DNA of 64,000 nucleotides from Podarcis bocagei (lineage: Eukaryota), in assembly GCA_964188305.1 (NCBI GenBank), contig OZ076888.1. The stretch is one strand, 5' to 3'. A model generated the notes under the pieces. It saw nothing but the letters and a program-made list of their open reading frames with translations. It was not told the origin of the DNA and did no database searches. Numbering within the stretch: position 1 is the first letter of the stretch; every line of letters begins with the position of its first letter. A program made the position numbers and the translations under genes. Of the stretch, positions 39,632-52,506 are shown in pieces.

Positions 39632-39989
39632 GCCTAAGACTATAAACTGTAAGCTGTTCTAGTAGTTCTATATGACTAGAATGGATTGGCAGTTGTAGCT
39701 TCCATTCAGGGGCATTGTTGACTCAAGTCATTTAAGTACTTAGCATCCTCCCTGTTTTGGCTGGTATCTCAAATCACCTGGCAATCCTACACAAATCGGA
39801 ATGATGATACAATTCATCTGCAAAAAGCTCTCCAATCCTCCTGAGGGCTTATTCAGCACATGAACTGACTTGATACTGAATTCTAGTATCCCAGTCAGAA
39901 ATCTTTCCAGCGTAATTCTGATTAACAAAGAGGCAATCTAGAATTTCCTCAGCCAGGAATAATTAACAACAGTCTGTTTTATTGATTAG

Positions 39990-40211
39990 GAAAATGGAAC
40001 TGTGAAGAAGATCATCAGCCAGATGACGCAGAATCTACTGATGACTCTTGCGGCACGCAATCAGTACCAGGAGATCAGAGAGAAGTTCCGCCAACCCGTG
40101 ACTGACAAAGGCACAATCCTTAAAACAAAGCCTCAGTCGTCACAGAAGGACATACTGAGTGTTTGCTGTGACCCACTTGTCCTTGCGCAGCAACTCACAC
40201 ACATTGAGCTG
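39990..40211 (+). CDS. RASGEF1A: RASGEF1A coding exon 4
   Basis: attag|GAA; ENGTVKKIISQMTQNLL...DPLVLAQQLTHIEL (start of the CDC25 domain); CTG|gtgagt; 222 nt. Confidence 0.96.
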
Positions 40212-40979
40212 GTGAGTTCCTTTATCTTCCATCTACTTGAAGGTTAGCAGGGCCAGGGCAAGCTGTTCTCCAGCCGAGCTCTGAGTTACAGCTTGAAGGT
40301 GTGAGAAAAGTGGCTTCTAGATATAAGAGAGACCGAAGGAAGAAGGGAGCCTGGCAGTTACAGAGACAATGAACTCACTTGAGCTGGAGAGAGAAAAGAC
40401 CACTTGCGACTGATCACTTTCTCACTCCTGCAACCTTTTTTAGGAGATTCATTGCATTATCAAACTCTTGTTCCTGACTTGGAATATCTCAAGGGGGGAA
40501 AGGGAGGGGGAAGAGGAGTCACAGTCAACGTCAGAAGCTCACTGTCTTCTAAATCGTTCTAATGAGTACTTCAGCCACTCAACCCATCCATACATGCTAC
40601 CAGGACTGATTTCAAATGTCATCTCAGAGCAAGGCTAACACACCCAGAGACTAGGAGAGACCAATGAAAGCAGAAATCTTTCCCAAGGACCACCTCTCTT
40701 AAAGATCCAACCACATATCTGCATTACTGTCCCCTGGTTCCCTGACCTGGAGTAAGGGATGCCAAATATTAACCTGGAAGCTCTGCTGCTGAATATGCAG
40801 CTGTGAAACCACCTGCCCCACTACATCAATGGTTATTTTGCCCACCCATCACTCCTCTCTGCTGTGCTGGGCAGCTAGTATCTGATCTGGCCCGATAGGG
40901 CTGGCTGGCTGTCACAGCTCTCTGTTCCTCATATGTGTGCTTGCAAAATTGACAGCCTTTGCTATCTTGCTGTATCTAG

Positions 40980-41054
40980 GAGAGGGTGAGCAACATTTAC
41001 CCCGAGGACCTCATGCAAATAGTCAGCCACGTGGACTCCCTGGATAATCACAAG
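40980..41054 (+). CDS. RASGEF1A: RASGEF1A coding exon 5
   Basis: tctag|GAG; ERVSNIYPEDLMQIVSHVDSLDNHK; AAG|gtgtgt; 75 nt. Confidence 0.95.
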
Positions 41055-43315
41055 GTGTGTACAAAGTGTGAACGCAGTGGCAATTTGAAACAGGGCTACA
41101 GGTAACATTGTGTGCATGGCTTATACAGGTGTTTAAAATTAAAGGCAAACTTATCTTGTTTCTGTAACAGTTTATGTGCTATAATTCCCCCCAAAGAATC
41201 TTGAGCATTTTAGCTTGGTAAGGGCATGGTATGGGTTAGGATTAAGATCCTTGGCCAGAAATCACTAGGCTACTATCTTCCACCCAGAACTACAGTTTCC
41301 AGGATTTCCTCAAGAAAGAGGATGACTGTTACACCAGACTAAATCCATAGCGCAGGCCACCCCTTGCCAAGCAGGTGCCCTCTAGATACTTTGGACCGCA
41401 ACTCCCATCAGTCACAGTCCTGTGGTGACTGGAGCTGATGGGAGTTTTGGTACACAACAACTGGTGTAGACATTGCATCAATAGCTGCCCAATCTGCCAC
41501 ATTTAAGCTGACACCCAGTTCCTATGGCACATACCAAGTTTTTGTAACCCGTGAATCGAATGTAAAGAAATAGGAAAATTATCACCCGCAGTATTTAGCT
41601 AGTTTCTTGAACTGTCAAACAACCAAGCTGCACTTGGATATGGAAGAATCAAGAAAGGATAGCCAATGTGGTGCCATTCAGATGTTGCTGAACTCTCTAC
41701 TCCGAGCAAGGTTGGTAAATAGTCAGGGATTATGAGAGCTGAAGTCCAATATCATCTGTAAGGACCATATGGCTAGCTCTGCTCTAATAGGACAGCTCCT
41801 GTTAAATAAGCTGACTGCACTGATTTCTTCGCTAGCTGAGGCTTTCAGTACATTTTAATATATTGTGCATACATATAGCATGAGGCCTTCTTTTCTGTTC
41901 ATGCTTTATGAGGCTTAAGCATTGAGGATAAACAAACAAAAAAATATTGCTGGATAAGACAATAGCCCTTCTCGCTGCCCCCATCCCCTTTGTCTCTTAG
42001 GTGCCCTGTGGATTTTATTCAAGTAGGAGGGAGAGAGATCCCTATTTGTGAGCTGCCACCTACACAGCTGGGAGAACATGTAAAGAGCACCTTATGTAGC
42101 AGTTCTTTTCTGCAAGTTAGCAATTATGGAATTCAGAGGTCAAGGAAGTCTGCAGGGATATTGCACAAGACTGGGATCTGTCTAGACACAACAACAAGAA
42201 AAGATTAAATATCATAATTCACACCAGTACTTATTATTTTGAGCCTCTTTCCTTAAAGTCCCTAGGTAGCAAAGTGTCATATGTTGTTTTGTTTTTTTCC
42301 AACCTTCCTTCAAGGTTAAAAGCAATTTGAAGTTTCTCAGTTACATACAGTGAGTTGAGTACGCCCACCTTAGCTATTGTTCCCTACTAGCATATAATGT
42401 TACTGAACATGCAGTCATCTCTTAAATATGACAAAATGGGTTTGGACAGTGTGTATTTTCCCCCTGCTTGTCATTCCTAAACACTTATTGAAGACAATAT
42501 GCAAATCCTTACTATTTTCGCAAACACCTCAGGAGGAAAAGCATGAGAAATATACACCCCTTTCTCTCTGAATGCTCTAAGTGGTTTCCCAGACAGCTGT
42601 CCTGACCAAAAATTCAGAATGATATAAAAGAGAACCAAAATTCTTATTTCTAATGGTGCACTTTTAGCCAAAACAATTGGCCATATTTGGGGAGTTCCCC
42701 TCCCACAATTATAATTGTGCAAGGGAGGAAACAACAGGGCCTCACCCCTTCCTTAGGGGGTGTTGTCAGTGCCCAGACTGGGCATCTCACACTTGTACAG
42801 TTTGGCTGCCCACTTGTGGAAGGTTCTCCCCAGGGAGTCTTGCCTGGCACCCTCATTACATATCCAACACTTACAGCAGTCCCATCCCCTGAAGAAGTTA
42901 CCCTTGCAATATGTGAGAGGTGCACAGATCAGGTGACAAGGAAGTGACATAGGAGGCAGAGCCAGAGACTTCAGCCCTGCTCCCCGACCTCACATAGGCT
43001 GTAATCCTGTGAGGTGATGGGGAATTGCCCGTGTGGGGCACTTGATTGCTGGAAATGTCTCAAACGGGGAATACTTTTGCATCTGACAGAACTCAGGACA
43101 TAACATTTCCCCAATAATAGAGGGCACTGATCTAGTAAGGAGGATACCACATGGGATGGGGGAGTTCATTTGCCCCATGTCGCCATTGAATCGCAACCTG
43201 GAGAGTGTGACTGTCTTTGAAGCATGCAAGTGTGGAGATGCATGGGTGTCACTGGAAACAACCATTTTTTTGCAAGCGCTTTGTACAGGCATAATTTACA
43301 ACCTTTCTTTTGCAG

Positions 43316-43408
43316 TGCCGAGGTGACGTTACTAAGACTTACACTCTGGAGGCGTACGACAACTGGTTTAATTGCCTCAGCATGTTGGTGGCGACGGAGA
43401 TTTGTAAG
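43316..43408 (+). CDS. RASGEF1A: RASGEF1A coding exon 6 (GC donor)
   Basis: ttgcag|TGC; CRGDVTKTYTLEAYDNWFNCLSMLVATEICK; donor AAG|gcaagt is needed to stay in frame with VVKKK; 93 nt. Confidence 0.93.
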
Positions 43409-44004
43409 GCAAGTACTGACAAGGAAAATGTGCCAGCTACTCTTCCTTCACTCTCGCAGTTTTTGGCCCAACTCATTCCAAACTGCCTTGGCTGAAACTC
43501 TGTATCTTAGCCACCTCCCACCAAGTAACATCTCCTCTGGCTCAGAATGCATATGAATGCACCCGCCCATGCAAAAATGCAATCCTTTACAGAATATTTG
43601 TTGGCACTTGAAGTCAGCTTCCCTTTGTATTTTTTGCACCCATTCCCATCCTATTCTGATTTGACTCACGCTGCGTAGCAAAAGCCCAATTCATACATTC
43701 CCCAAGCAGCATTACTGCTGCTTCACCTGGCTCCATCCCATGCGACGCTAATACTGTAGGGTGTAGTGATATCCCAGGAGGCTCCTTCAGCACTGTATTT
43801 CCTCTTGAGTTCTAGCAGATGTGGCACTGCAAAGTCCCCTTTGACTTTCGCCTCCAACACAATTCAGTGTGTCATATATTTCTGGAACTTTATGGGATGG
43901 GGGCTGTGGGAAACAGCAACCATGTTGCTCTGGAAATGTATGAACTGGACCACAGCGAGGGAACAGGAATGGGTTTGGTCATATGAACACACATCATGCC
44001 TTGT

Positions 44005-44379
44005 CTAAACCACTGAGCCTCTTGGGCTTGCCAGTCAGAAGGTTGGCGGTTCGAATCCCTGCGACGAAGTGAGCTCCCGTTGCTCTGTCCCATCTTCTGC
44101 CAACCTAGCAGTTTGAAAGCATGCCAGTGCAAGTAGATAAATAGGTACCACTGTGGGGGGGGGGAAGGTAAATGGTGTTTCCGTGCACTCAGGCTTCTGT
44201 CACAGTGTTCCATTGCGCCAGAAGTTGTTTAGTCATGCTGGCCACATGACCCAGAAAGCTGTCTGTGGAAAAACGCTGGCTTCCTCAGCCTGAAAGCGAG
44301 ATGAGCGCTGCAACCCCATAGACACCTTTGACTGGACTTAACCGTACAGGGGTCCTTTACCTTTACCTTTTTACCTTTT
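44005..44379 (+). mobile_element. Sauria SINE, 5'-truncated
   Basis: (ACCTTT)n tail; 14-bp TSD ACATCATGCCTTGT (43991-44004 and 44380-44393). Confidence 0.92.
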
Positions 44380-46214
44380 ACATCATGCCTTGTAACAAAC
44401 AGTACATCTTCACTTTAGAATGAACAGTGTGTAGGTGTGGAGATGCAATAGTCTTTGTGGCTTCCAAGATGCAAGCTTCGCTTGATCTGCTTACAGTGCC
44501 AAACTAAAACATACAGCATGTGCCTCTTTCTCAAACTCCATATAATAAAAAGGAAGGGAGCATTGTGTGCCTGTGACATGAAAGTATCTAGAGGTACTTA
44601 GAACAACCATTAGTGGCTGAGAGCTGAACAGCTTTCTTAGAGTTTTTGAAATCCAATATAGAGAATATGTAGGTTTACCTCAACAGAAGTGTCTTCTCTG
44701 TATGCAAACAGGTGGACACCAACCGCACATAGGATTCGTAACATGTCAGAGTCTGACCGGAAGATGGAAATGTATCCCAAAACATCATCTTCCAGATGTA
44801 CGAAATCAGTATGGTAGTGAAAAACTTACAGTGATAAATTTTGGAGTGCATTTTTCCAAAATTCTTAGAGTCATGTGGCAGAATCATGTGGTAGCATCCT
44901 TCCTGGGTTATATCACATTAGATTGCAGATAGACAATGACATTTTTGGATGCTCCACTATGTCAGTTAATTTTCTGCATGTAAAATCTTGCACGCTCGGA
45001 GAAAGGTTCTAGCATAGCCTCTCCCTACATGTGATTCTGCCTTTAAGAAAAAGAAAAACGTTTGTTAGCCCTCAGAAACAAAACTTGAAAAAATAATGCA
45101 CAAAGCAAGCATTGATCCACTATCAACAAGGCTAGTGAACAGTGACTGATAATTGTACCAAACCCATTAATTCTCAGAAGCCAATTACAAACAGCATAGG
45201 CAAAAATGCAACTCAGCAACACGTCATGTGGGAAGCAAATGTGTTTTTTAAAAAACAACATGGGGCAGTCATTCAGACAAAGCTAAGAATTTTAAAACCC
45301 TTTGTTTTCAGTGGGAGAGATTTAAGTGCATGCCTAAGTCTCCCACTTTAAATGAAAAATGTAAAGATATTTTTCCCACTGTGGCAAACTGCAGTGGTGG
45401 CACCAGGACTCTCCTGGAAAAATGCCTCACTCTGGGGGGGGGGGACCTTGGACCTTCCTTGCAGTGAAGAAGAATAAGGTGCATGGGGTGGCAGACATGT
45501 TCACTTTGCTAGGTGGTAGCATCAGGACTAGCAGCCAATAATGAGGTGAGCGGGGGTGAGGGGTTGGCAATTTTTCGCTGCCTTGCCTGAGACTGTTTTC
45601 TTGCTCTGCCCTGCACAATTATTATTGTGCAAATGCTGTTGATTAGTCTCATTTCCCTGCAGATTTGAAGTGAGCTTGGTGCTTTACCTCAGGATAGCTT
45701 ATCAACAGTAACGTTAAAAAAAGCTGGATTATAAATCCTTAGTGCTATAGTGAAGCAAACCCCCTGCTTCCACCCTACCGAAGCACACCTCCCCTGGATG
45801 GAATATTTCCTATTTTCTACATTTGAGGACAGAATGTTTTAAATGTATTTGGTATTCCAGTCACCAAAATCATTCTTTCTTTGCTTTACAAAATTTCCCC
45901 AACGCCTAGTTTCTTCCTTACATAAGGCTACAGGATTCCAGCATCCATAGGCATACAAAGTTTTCATGATTTTCCAAAGATAATGGCTCTTTAAACAAAA
46001 CAGGGATCTTAGATCACTATCACAAAGGCCTACTCTAAAAAAAGGGGGGGTGACTCAAATCAGGATAGAAACATCAACACCTTTTCCACTGAAATACTCT
46101 TCCTCAAAGCCTTTAAAAAACAAACAAATGTTGTTTGCTTGCGGGATTGCCATGCCTCCATTGAGTAAATGCCACCCCACTTCTCCCATTCAAGGTTTGC
46201 ATTTTAAATTTCAG

Positions 46215-46317
46215 GTTGTGAAGAAAAAGCAGCGGACAAGAATAGTGGAATTTTTCATTGATGTGGCAAGAGAGTGCTTCAACATTGGAAACTTTAATTC
46301 CATGATGGCCATTATCT
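46215..46317 (+). CDS. RASGEF1A: RASGEF1A coding exon 7
   Basis: ttcag|GTT; VVKKKQRTRIVEFFIDVARECFNIGNFNSMMAII (CDC25 NFNS motif); T|gtgagt; 103 nt, phase 1. Confidence 0.96.
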
Positions 46318-47608
46318 GTGAGTACTCTTCCGCAAGGCACCTGTGGGCAATGTGTGTGACAGCATCAGTAGAATGATGGTGTTTGAGTAGATGCAGCGTC
46401 CCGCTGAGAGTGCTGCACTCTGGATGACAAATGGGCATCAAAGATATTACCAAGTGAGACTCTCCAAATAATTAACTGGTAAGCGGTGGGAGATCAAAAG
46501 AAGAGACAGGGGAAAGACAGGTAAAAGTAGTCTGCGCTTGCCAAAGAGACGAGCCACACAAGACCTTTTCATGCATTGCAGAATGGCAAATCAGAGTTTG
46601 ATGCTCAAAGCATATTTGACGGAGAGGTACAACCAGTCCTGGCTCCCTGGTGAGAGTGAGTCAGTGCATGTTTGCAAAAGGCAAGTGTGCCTCTTCTTGT
46701 CTACATAATCTAGTGCACACTTAGAATATTTGAAGTGTATGCCTAATGTGTGAATTGTCCTGATTACATAAAAGGACTTTTTTTTTGGGGGGGGGGGTAA
46801 TCAGAGATTATCCAAATCCTGGAAATGCAAACTTCTCCCAGCTTCAAACCTTTGGCACAGTTGTAACAAAAGTGACCAAAAGTGGACACAGAATTGTTTT
46901 CTCAATAGCAAAATTTCCCTCCATCCTGCGTTAAAACATGTTTAAGGTTCGCAACAGCCGTCTTCATTGGGATTAAGCTAAGAAGAATTCCTGTCCTAGA
47001 CTCAAAACTGGCATTGTCACCTGAAGAGGAAACACACATAGATGAAGGCTGTGGGGACACATGGTCAGCCCCACCAGCTGGTGTCACATGACTGCTCTAG
47101 TCCCATCTTGCTTTAAAGTGCACTTTTGCAGCCAGCAGCCTTCTGTATTCATGGATGTTCCCTGTGTGAGTTAAGCTCTTGGAAGATCAGGGTTTTCACC
47201 CACTGCAGAAGTGCACTTTAAACATGCAAATGGGCTGAAAGACTTGCGCAGCCCCAGTTAAGAGAGCTGCAACCCCAACTTACAGGTGTTCCCTCTTCAG
47301 GGAAGGGGGTTTAAGAATCCTGGTTAAGTGGGATGCCAGGTCAGTGCTGGTGCCAGTGCAGTGCTTAACCATAGAAAGGGTGGCTAAGGAGGGATGCAGT
47401 CTGGAAAGGAGAGGAACAAGTGAGAAGGAGCACGCGATCCCATGGCCTGTTTCTGATCTTCGTTACATCTGCACTACACTCCTTTGACACAACTGCCTGC
47501 AGAAGTAGTGATTTGCAGAACAGTACTGCTGAAAGCATCCTGACAGACAGGGATGTTTTCAATAATTTGCTGAAAATTTTCCATTTGTTTTTTTCTTTCT
47601 CTTTTTAG

Positions 47609-47688
47609 CGGGTATGAACTTGAGTCCTGTTGCCCGGCTAAAGAAAACTTGGTCCAAAGTCAAAACAGCCAAATTTGATGTTTTAGAG
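47609..47688 (+). CDS. RASGEF1A: RASGEF1A coding exon 8
   Basis: tttag|CG; (S)GMNLSPVARLKKTWSKVKTAKFDVLE; GAG|gtaatt; 80 nt. Confidence 0.96.
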
Positions 47689-47694
47689 GTAATT

Positions 47695-47697
<3 letters not shown>

Positions 47698-47724
<27 letters not shown>
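47698..47724. repeat. (TCA)n microsatellite 9 nt into the intron after coding exon 8
   Basis: Directly visible. Confidence 0.95.
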
Positions 47725-47725
<1 letters not shown>

Positions 47726-49202
47726 TTATACGCTGCTTTTTCCACGTGTCCCAAGTGGTTCACAACACAACAGCAAAAATCTGCATCAATGCATTATTAG
47801 AATAGCCCAGAAAAATGGATTTTAAAGCATGATTGATATGAAAATCCAAACCATTCATTTTGATAATACTAACATTATAGCACCATAAATGGTTCATGCT
47901 TTGCCACATACTACCAGAAATGTGCCATGTATTTCTTCCTTTTAAAAAAAAGTCTTTAAAACTGTGTTTAGTAATTGTTCTCTGCCCATAGCCAGATAGT
48001 ATGAATGAAGCTCAAAAGGTACACTATAAGATGCTGAGTAAGAAACAGCTAAGATAGCCTGATCTCTCAAAAGCCATTGAATTTCTTCACAAACTTTAAT
48101 TCAGTTTCAGTAGAAAATAATATTTAAAAGTTCCACAGTGCTCATCAGACATCTGCAGCTTTGCCCACATCAGGCTGGAACATTGCAGAGAAGGAATACA
48201 TTGGTTCATCTTACTGAGCAATTGGGCAGAATAGTGCCTGTGCATCTTTAGTCCATAAGTAAAACATCCTTCTTAAAAACGGGAGCTGAACTTTCAGAGA
48301 AAGGACCTGGAATATCTCTAATTGTGGCCGGTGCCCCTTCCCCCACCTCAGCCCCTGTGGTATCAGCCCTGTTTAAACACAAGTGATTCTCCTTTTGCCT
48401 TCAGGGTGTATATTCATCTCCAATTTAAGTCCGCCATCTGGTGGAGAGTGATGATCAACATTTAACCAGAGTAATTCCTGCCACAAACCTTTCGTTATTT
48501 TTTAAATCATTTGAAAACAAGCACAGCTGGGGAAGAGAGAAAGCAAGGAGGGCGAAATGGTTTGGAATATTTGAAAGATATTGTTGGGGGCTTGTCCTGA
48601 ATCACTGGAAATTTCACTAATATTCTGCCACTCGGAACCTAAGTAGACCCTTGCAACAAAAACCAGTTGGTGAAAGAAGCATATCCCACTGTGAAACAAT
48701 AAAATATCAAAGCAGGAACAAAAACTGAACAAGTGATGTTTCTCTCCAAAGGCAATATTTAGTAATGCATGATGACTTATAAGTGTGCACCTAACCAATC
48801 ATAGGCAATATCTTTCCCATCACTCCAGCACAAGGCTATTAAGTGGACAGAGTTCACATGTGCAGCTGTAGGTCATCAGGTGTCAGGTAATCAAGTGATG
48901 TACATGGATGTGTGAACCAACCCTGAAAATCTCTGGATCACAACTCCCAGGTCAACTCCAAACCTGCCCATGCAGCGTATAGGCAAGCACCCATCTCATA
49001 CAGAACTCTCCATACTCCTTTGGTTCCTCAGAATGCAACCTGTCTAAAGGAATGAAATAGCACTTCCTCCAGTCTCAAGAAGGTTCTGTGGGGAGGATGT
49101 TTGTAATCATCAGATTACCCCCATCCTGATCACTATAAAGCAAATTTTGTAAGCCTTTGTACTCAGAGGAATTCTAACAAATTCTCTGTTTGATCCGAAC
49201 AG

Positions 49203-49394
49203 CATCACATGGACCCATCCAGCAACTTTTGCAATTACCGAACAGCCCTTCAAGGAGCAGCACAGAGATCGCAGACAGCACACAGCAGCAGGGAGAAAAT
49301 AGTCATCCCCGTTTTCAACCTCTTCATTAAAGATATCTACTTTCTGCATAAAATACACACCAACCACTTGCCCAACGGACAGATAAACTTCAAG
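49203..49394 (+). CDS. RASGEF1A: RASGEF1A coding exon 9
   Basis: aacag|CAT; HHMDPSSNFCNYRTALQGAAQRSQ...HLPNGQINFK; AAG|gtacag; 192 nt. Confidence 0.96.
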
Positions 49395-50326
49395 GTACAG
49401 CTTGTTTTGCAGGCAGTGAATGAAGCAGTTGCACAGTGAGCGCTGCAGGCAGACAAAACATCCAAGCAAAAGAACAGAATGCCATATGTAGTCAGTGAGG
49501 CTTGCCACTTGGCCATTTTTATACTGATCTGCTTGCATTCTGTTCCTTCAGAATAGGTTTGTCACAGCTTGCTCACAGCCTCACGTTCAAACTAGAGCAA
49601 TTAACCAATCAGGGGCGGAATTGCATTTGTAGTGAGTGCATCTCAGCAACGACAAAAAATTGGGTTACTTGCTATCACAACATTGAACACAGAACCTCTG
49701 TCTCCTATGTCCCCATCTGTAGAAGATGGAAGTGCTGGCTGCATAATGGGCAGGGGATGAAACTATTTTACCTAGTGGTTAGAGTACCAGAACAGGACCT
49801 GGGAGACTTGGGTTCAAATCCCTGCTCGGCCCCAAAGCTGGTGTTGCCAGGATTGCACAGAGGAGCTGGTTGCATGATCTGGTGCTTCTACATGGGAGGA
49901 GGGAGGGAGATGGCTGCTGCCATGTGCACGATTGCAGCAGCTTTGAAAAGGCCCAATGCAGCTGTGCCAATGGAGGTGACTGCAAATCCGTAGGGATGTA
50001 TCCAGTGCTGCCTAGTGCTTGTGCAACAAAACTCCTTGGCTCTTCCTGCACATACCTCAAACCAGCTCTGGAGGGTTTGGGGGAGACTGGAGCACTTTCT
50101 GGAAGGAAGGGTGCATGGGGAAAGGAAGAGAAAGTTATGGTTTGTGCAGCACTGGATGCAGCCCATACAGTTGACAAGTCTTTTGATGGCCCTGTTTCCT
50201 GGGGGGGGCGTGGGGGCTACACACTGTCATCTGTAACCGTTGAACTACAGGCTTAACCAAAGTTCAGAAGGTGGCATGAAATAAACAATCATGAAATGCT
50301 GATTTGAATAATTTTATCTCATACAG

Positions 50327-50450
50327 AAGTTCTGGGAAGTTTCAAGGCAAATCCACGACTTTATCACATGGAAGCAGGTGGAGTGTCCTTTTGAGAAGGA
50401 CAAGAAAATCCAGAGCTACCTGCTCACAGCACCTATTTATAGTGAAGAAG
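50327..50450 (+). CDS. RASGEF1A: RASGEF1A coding exon 10
   Basis: atacag|AAG; KFWEVSRQIHDFITWKQVECPFEKDKKIQSYLLTAPIYSEE; G|gtaaga; 124 nt. Confidence 0.96.
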
Positions 50451-50990
50451 GTAAGATTCTTTGGCAGCTCACGCAAAATTTGCTCGTTTCCACAAACAAC
50501 ATGTGCAAGAGGCTCAACGGTGAAAGTGAAAATGGGCAAATTTGCTGTGGATGTTGATGGTACTGAAGAGGAAGAGATATAAACTCTGCAACCGACAAGC
50601 ATAAACCACATGGCAGTATTCTAAGAATCCAGAGGATTCCTTCGGTGGTTAGGGCTCCGTTTGAAAGGATACATACTTGCAAGGCTGCTGACAATAATGC
50701 AACCACAGTGTTTTATAGGCTTAGGGTCCAAGGCGGCAGGTGTAGTTGTAACTATCCATGCTTTACAGAATACCATGGAGATAAGAGGGGAAAAATGTAT
50801 TCTATCTTTTATGTCTCCTAAAATGCTATCGTTTGACATCATTATGGCTATAAAAGGAGAAGGGCTGCAGCTCTGCTTGAGTTGCAGAAGGACCAGATAG
50901 GGGTGGGAATGTTCCCTGTCCCAAGTTGTGGAAAGACACTGCCAGTCAAAGCAGTACTGAGCTAGGTTGGGCAATGTTCTTACTACATAT

Positions 50991-51250
50991 GAGAGCCAGT
51001 GTGGTGTAGAGGTTAAGAGCGGTAGACTCGTAATCTGGTGAACTGGGTTTGCTTCCCCGCTCCTCCACATGCAGCTGCTGGGTGACCTTGGGCCAGTCAC
51101 ACTTCGTTGAAGTCTCTCAGCCCCACTCACCTCACAGAGTGTTTGTTGTGGGGGAGGAAGGGAAAGGAGAATGTTAGCCGCTTTGAGACTCCTTCGGGTA
51201 GTGATAAAGCGGGATATCAAATCCAAACTCCTCCACTCCTCCTCCTCCAC
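50991..51250 (+). mobile_element. Squam3-like SINE with (CCT)n tail, nested in an older SINE
   Basis: Same family as above; flanked by parts of an older tRNA/CR1-tail SINE (about 50862-50990 and 51250-51266). Confidence 0.88.
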
Positions 51251-51335
51251 TTCCTTTGTTCCTATGTGATTAAAATCCTGTTACATGTTCTGACTGACTT
51301 CCCGTCTTTCTCTGCCCCACCCTCCCAACGCTCAG

Positions 51336-51408
51336 CTTTGTTTATTGCATCATTTGAAAGTGAAGGTCCAGAAAATCATATGGAGAAAGACAGCTGGAAG
51401 ACACTCAG
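51336..51408 (+). CDS. RASGEF1A: RASGEF1A coding exon 11
   Basis: ctcag|CT; (A)LFIASFESEGPENHMEKDSWKTL(R); AG|gtaatg; 73 nt. Confidence 0.96.
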
Positions 51409-52481
51409 GTAATGAAACCAGTTCCTTGGTTCTTTCTCATACTGTGAAATGCAACCTACAATACTGGCCTTTTGAGCCTTCAGAAATTTGGCATGGGAGC
51501 TACACATTAGGTAAAGAAGAGGGGCCGCCAAAGTTTGCCATGCTCATGGACTCCATGATGCTTGCCTCAATTGAGAGGCAAGAATTAGGCCATTAATTCT
51601 TCTCTAGCTCAAATGAAAATCAAAGCCATACATAGAAGACTTCTTCGTCTATTTCTGCTTCAAAGGACTACACTAAAAGCCAAACACCCAGACCACCCAG
51701 GGGAACATAACCCCCCATGCAAGACACGATTGTACAGTATGGGGGGGGGATGACATTGTACAATGCTCACCTTTGTTGAAAAATAGAAAGCCAACACAAC
51801 CAGCAAAGGACTTATCCCTGGTCTACTAGTTTCCTTTTTGCAGGATGTTTTGTGTGGGTTTTTAAAATTTAACATGGATAGTATTGAGAAGTGATATTTC
51901 CCACCTGTTGCCAGAGGCACTACAGCCCATCAACATTCTGCAATCTTATTTTCACTTCATTTTGCTGCAAATTTAAATCCAACACAGTAGAACAGCTCTG
52001 AATTGCACAGCAATTAAGGCCTTGCTTGACAGGCTGGATCCAAAATCACTTTTTGGCTGAGAGATACAGTGTAGGTGTAGTAGCTAAACTCAAGTATTAG
52101 TCTAGATTTTTTTAATATAAAAAACAAACAAACCAGGGAACACCACTTCCAATATCAAGGGCCAGAAACCTGATCTGTAGTCAGTTTTCAATACATGGTT
52201 GAGGACTGGGAAGTCATTATCAAATGATTGAGAATACTGGGGTAAACACAGGTAACAGAGAAAACTAGAAACCTAATCATCCAGCTAGGCAGTTGGAGAT
52301 CTGAAGCCAAGCTTAATGGGGCAGCCAGGCACTAATACCTGGGAACTTATACCAGCCAGTAATCTGAGCTGATCTCAAGTATATTCGCAGTTGCATCTGT
52401 TTCTCTTAATGTAACTTAAGGTGACAACATTTAAGACAATTTGCTGATGTTATCTTTTCAATTTTATCTCTTCATTTTTAG

Positions 52482-52506
52482 GACAACTCTGCTCAACAGA
52501 GCCTGA
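52482..52506 (+). CDS. RASGEF1A: RASGEF1A last coding exon (R)TTLLNRA*
   Basis: ttttag|G ACA ACT CTG CTC AAC AGA GCC TGA; matches the RASGEF1A C-terminus; total CDS 1428 nt = 475 aa plus stop. Confidence 0.95.

Noticed and set aside
50621-51250. 209-aa minus-strand ORF, and similar ORFs at 26724-27023 and 34453-34713 (LDLISRLSLPLRSLKAANILLSLPPPQQ...)
   Set aside because: The apparent protein family is only the antisense reading of three copies of the same SINE.
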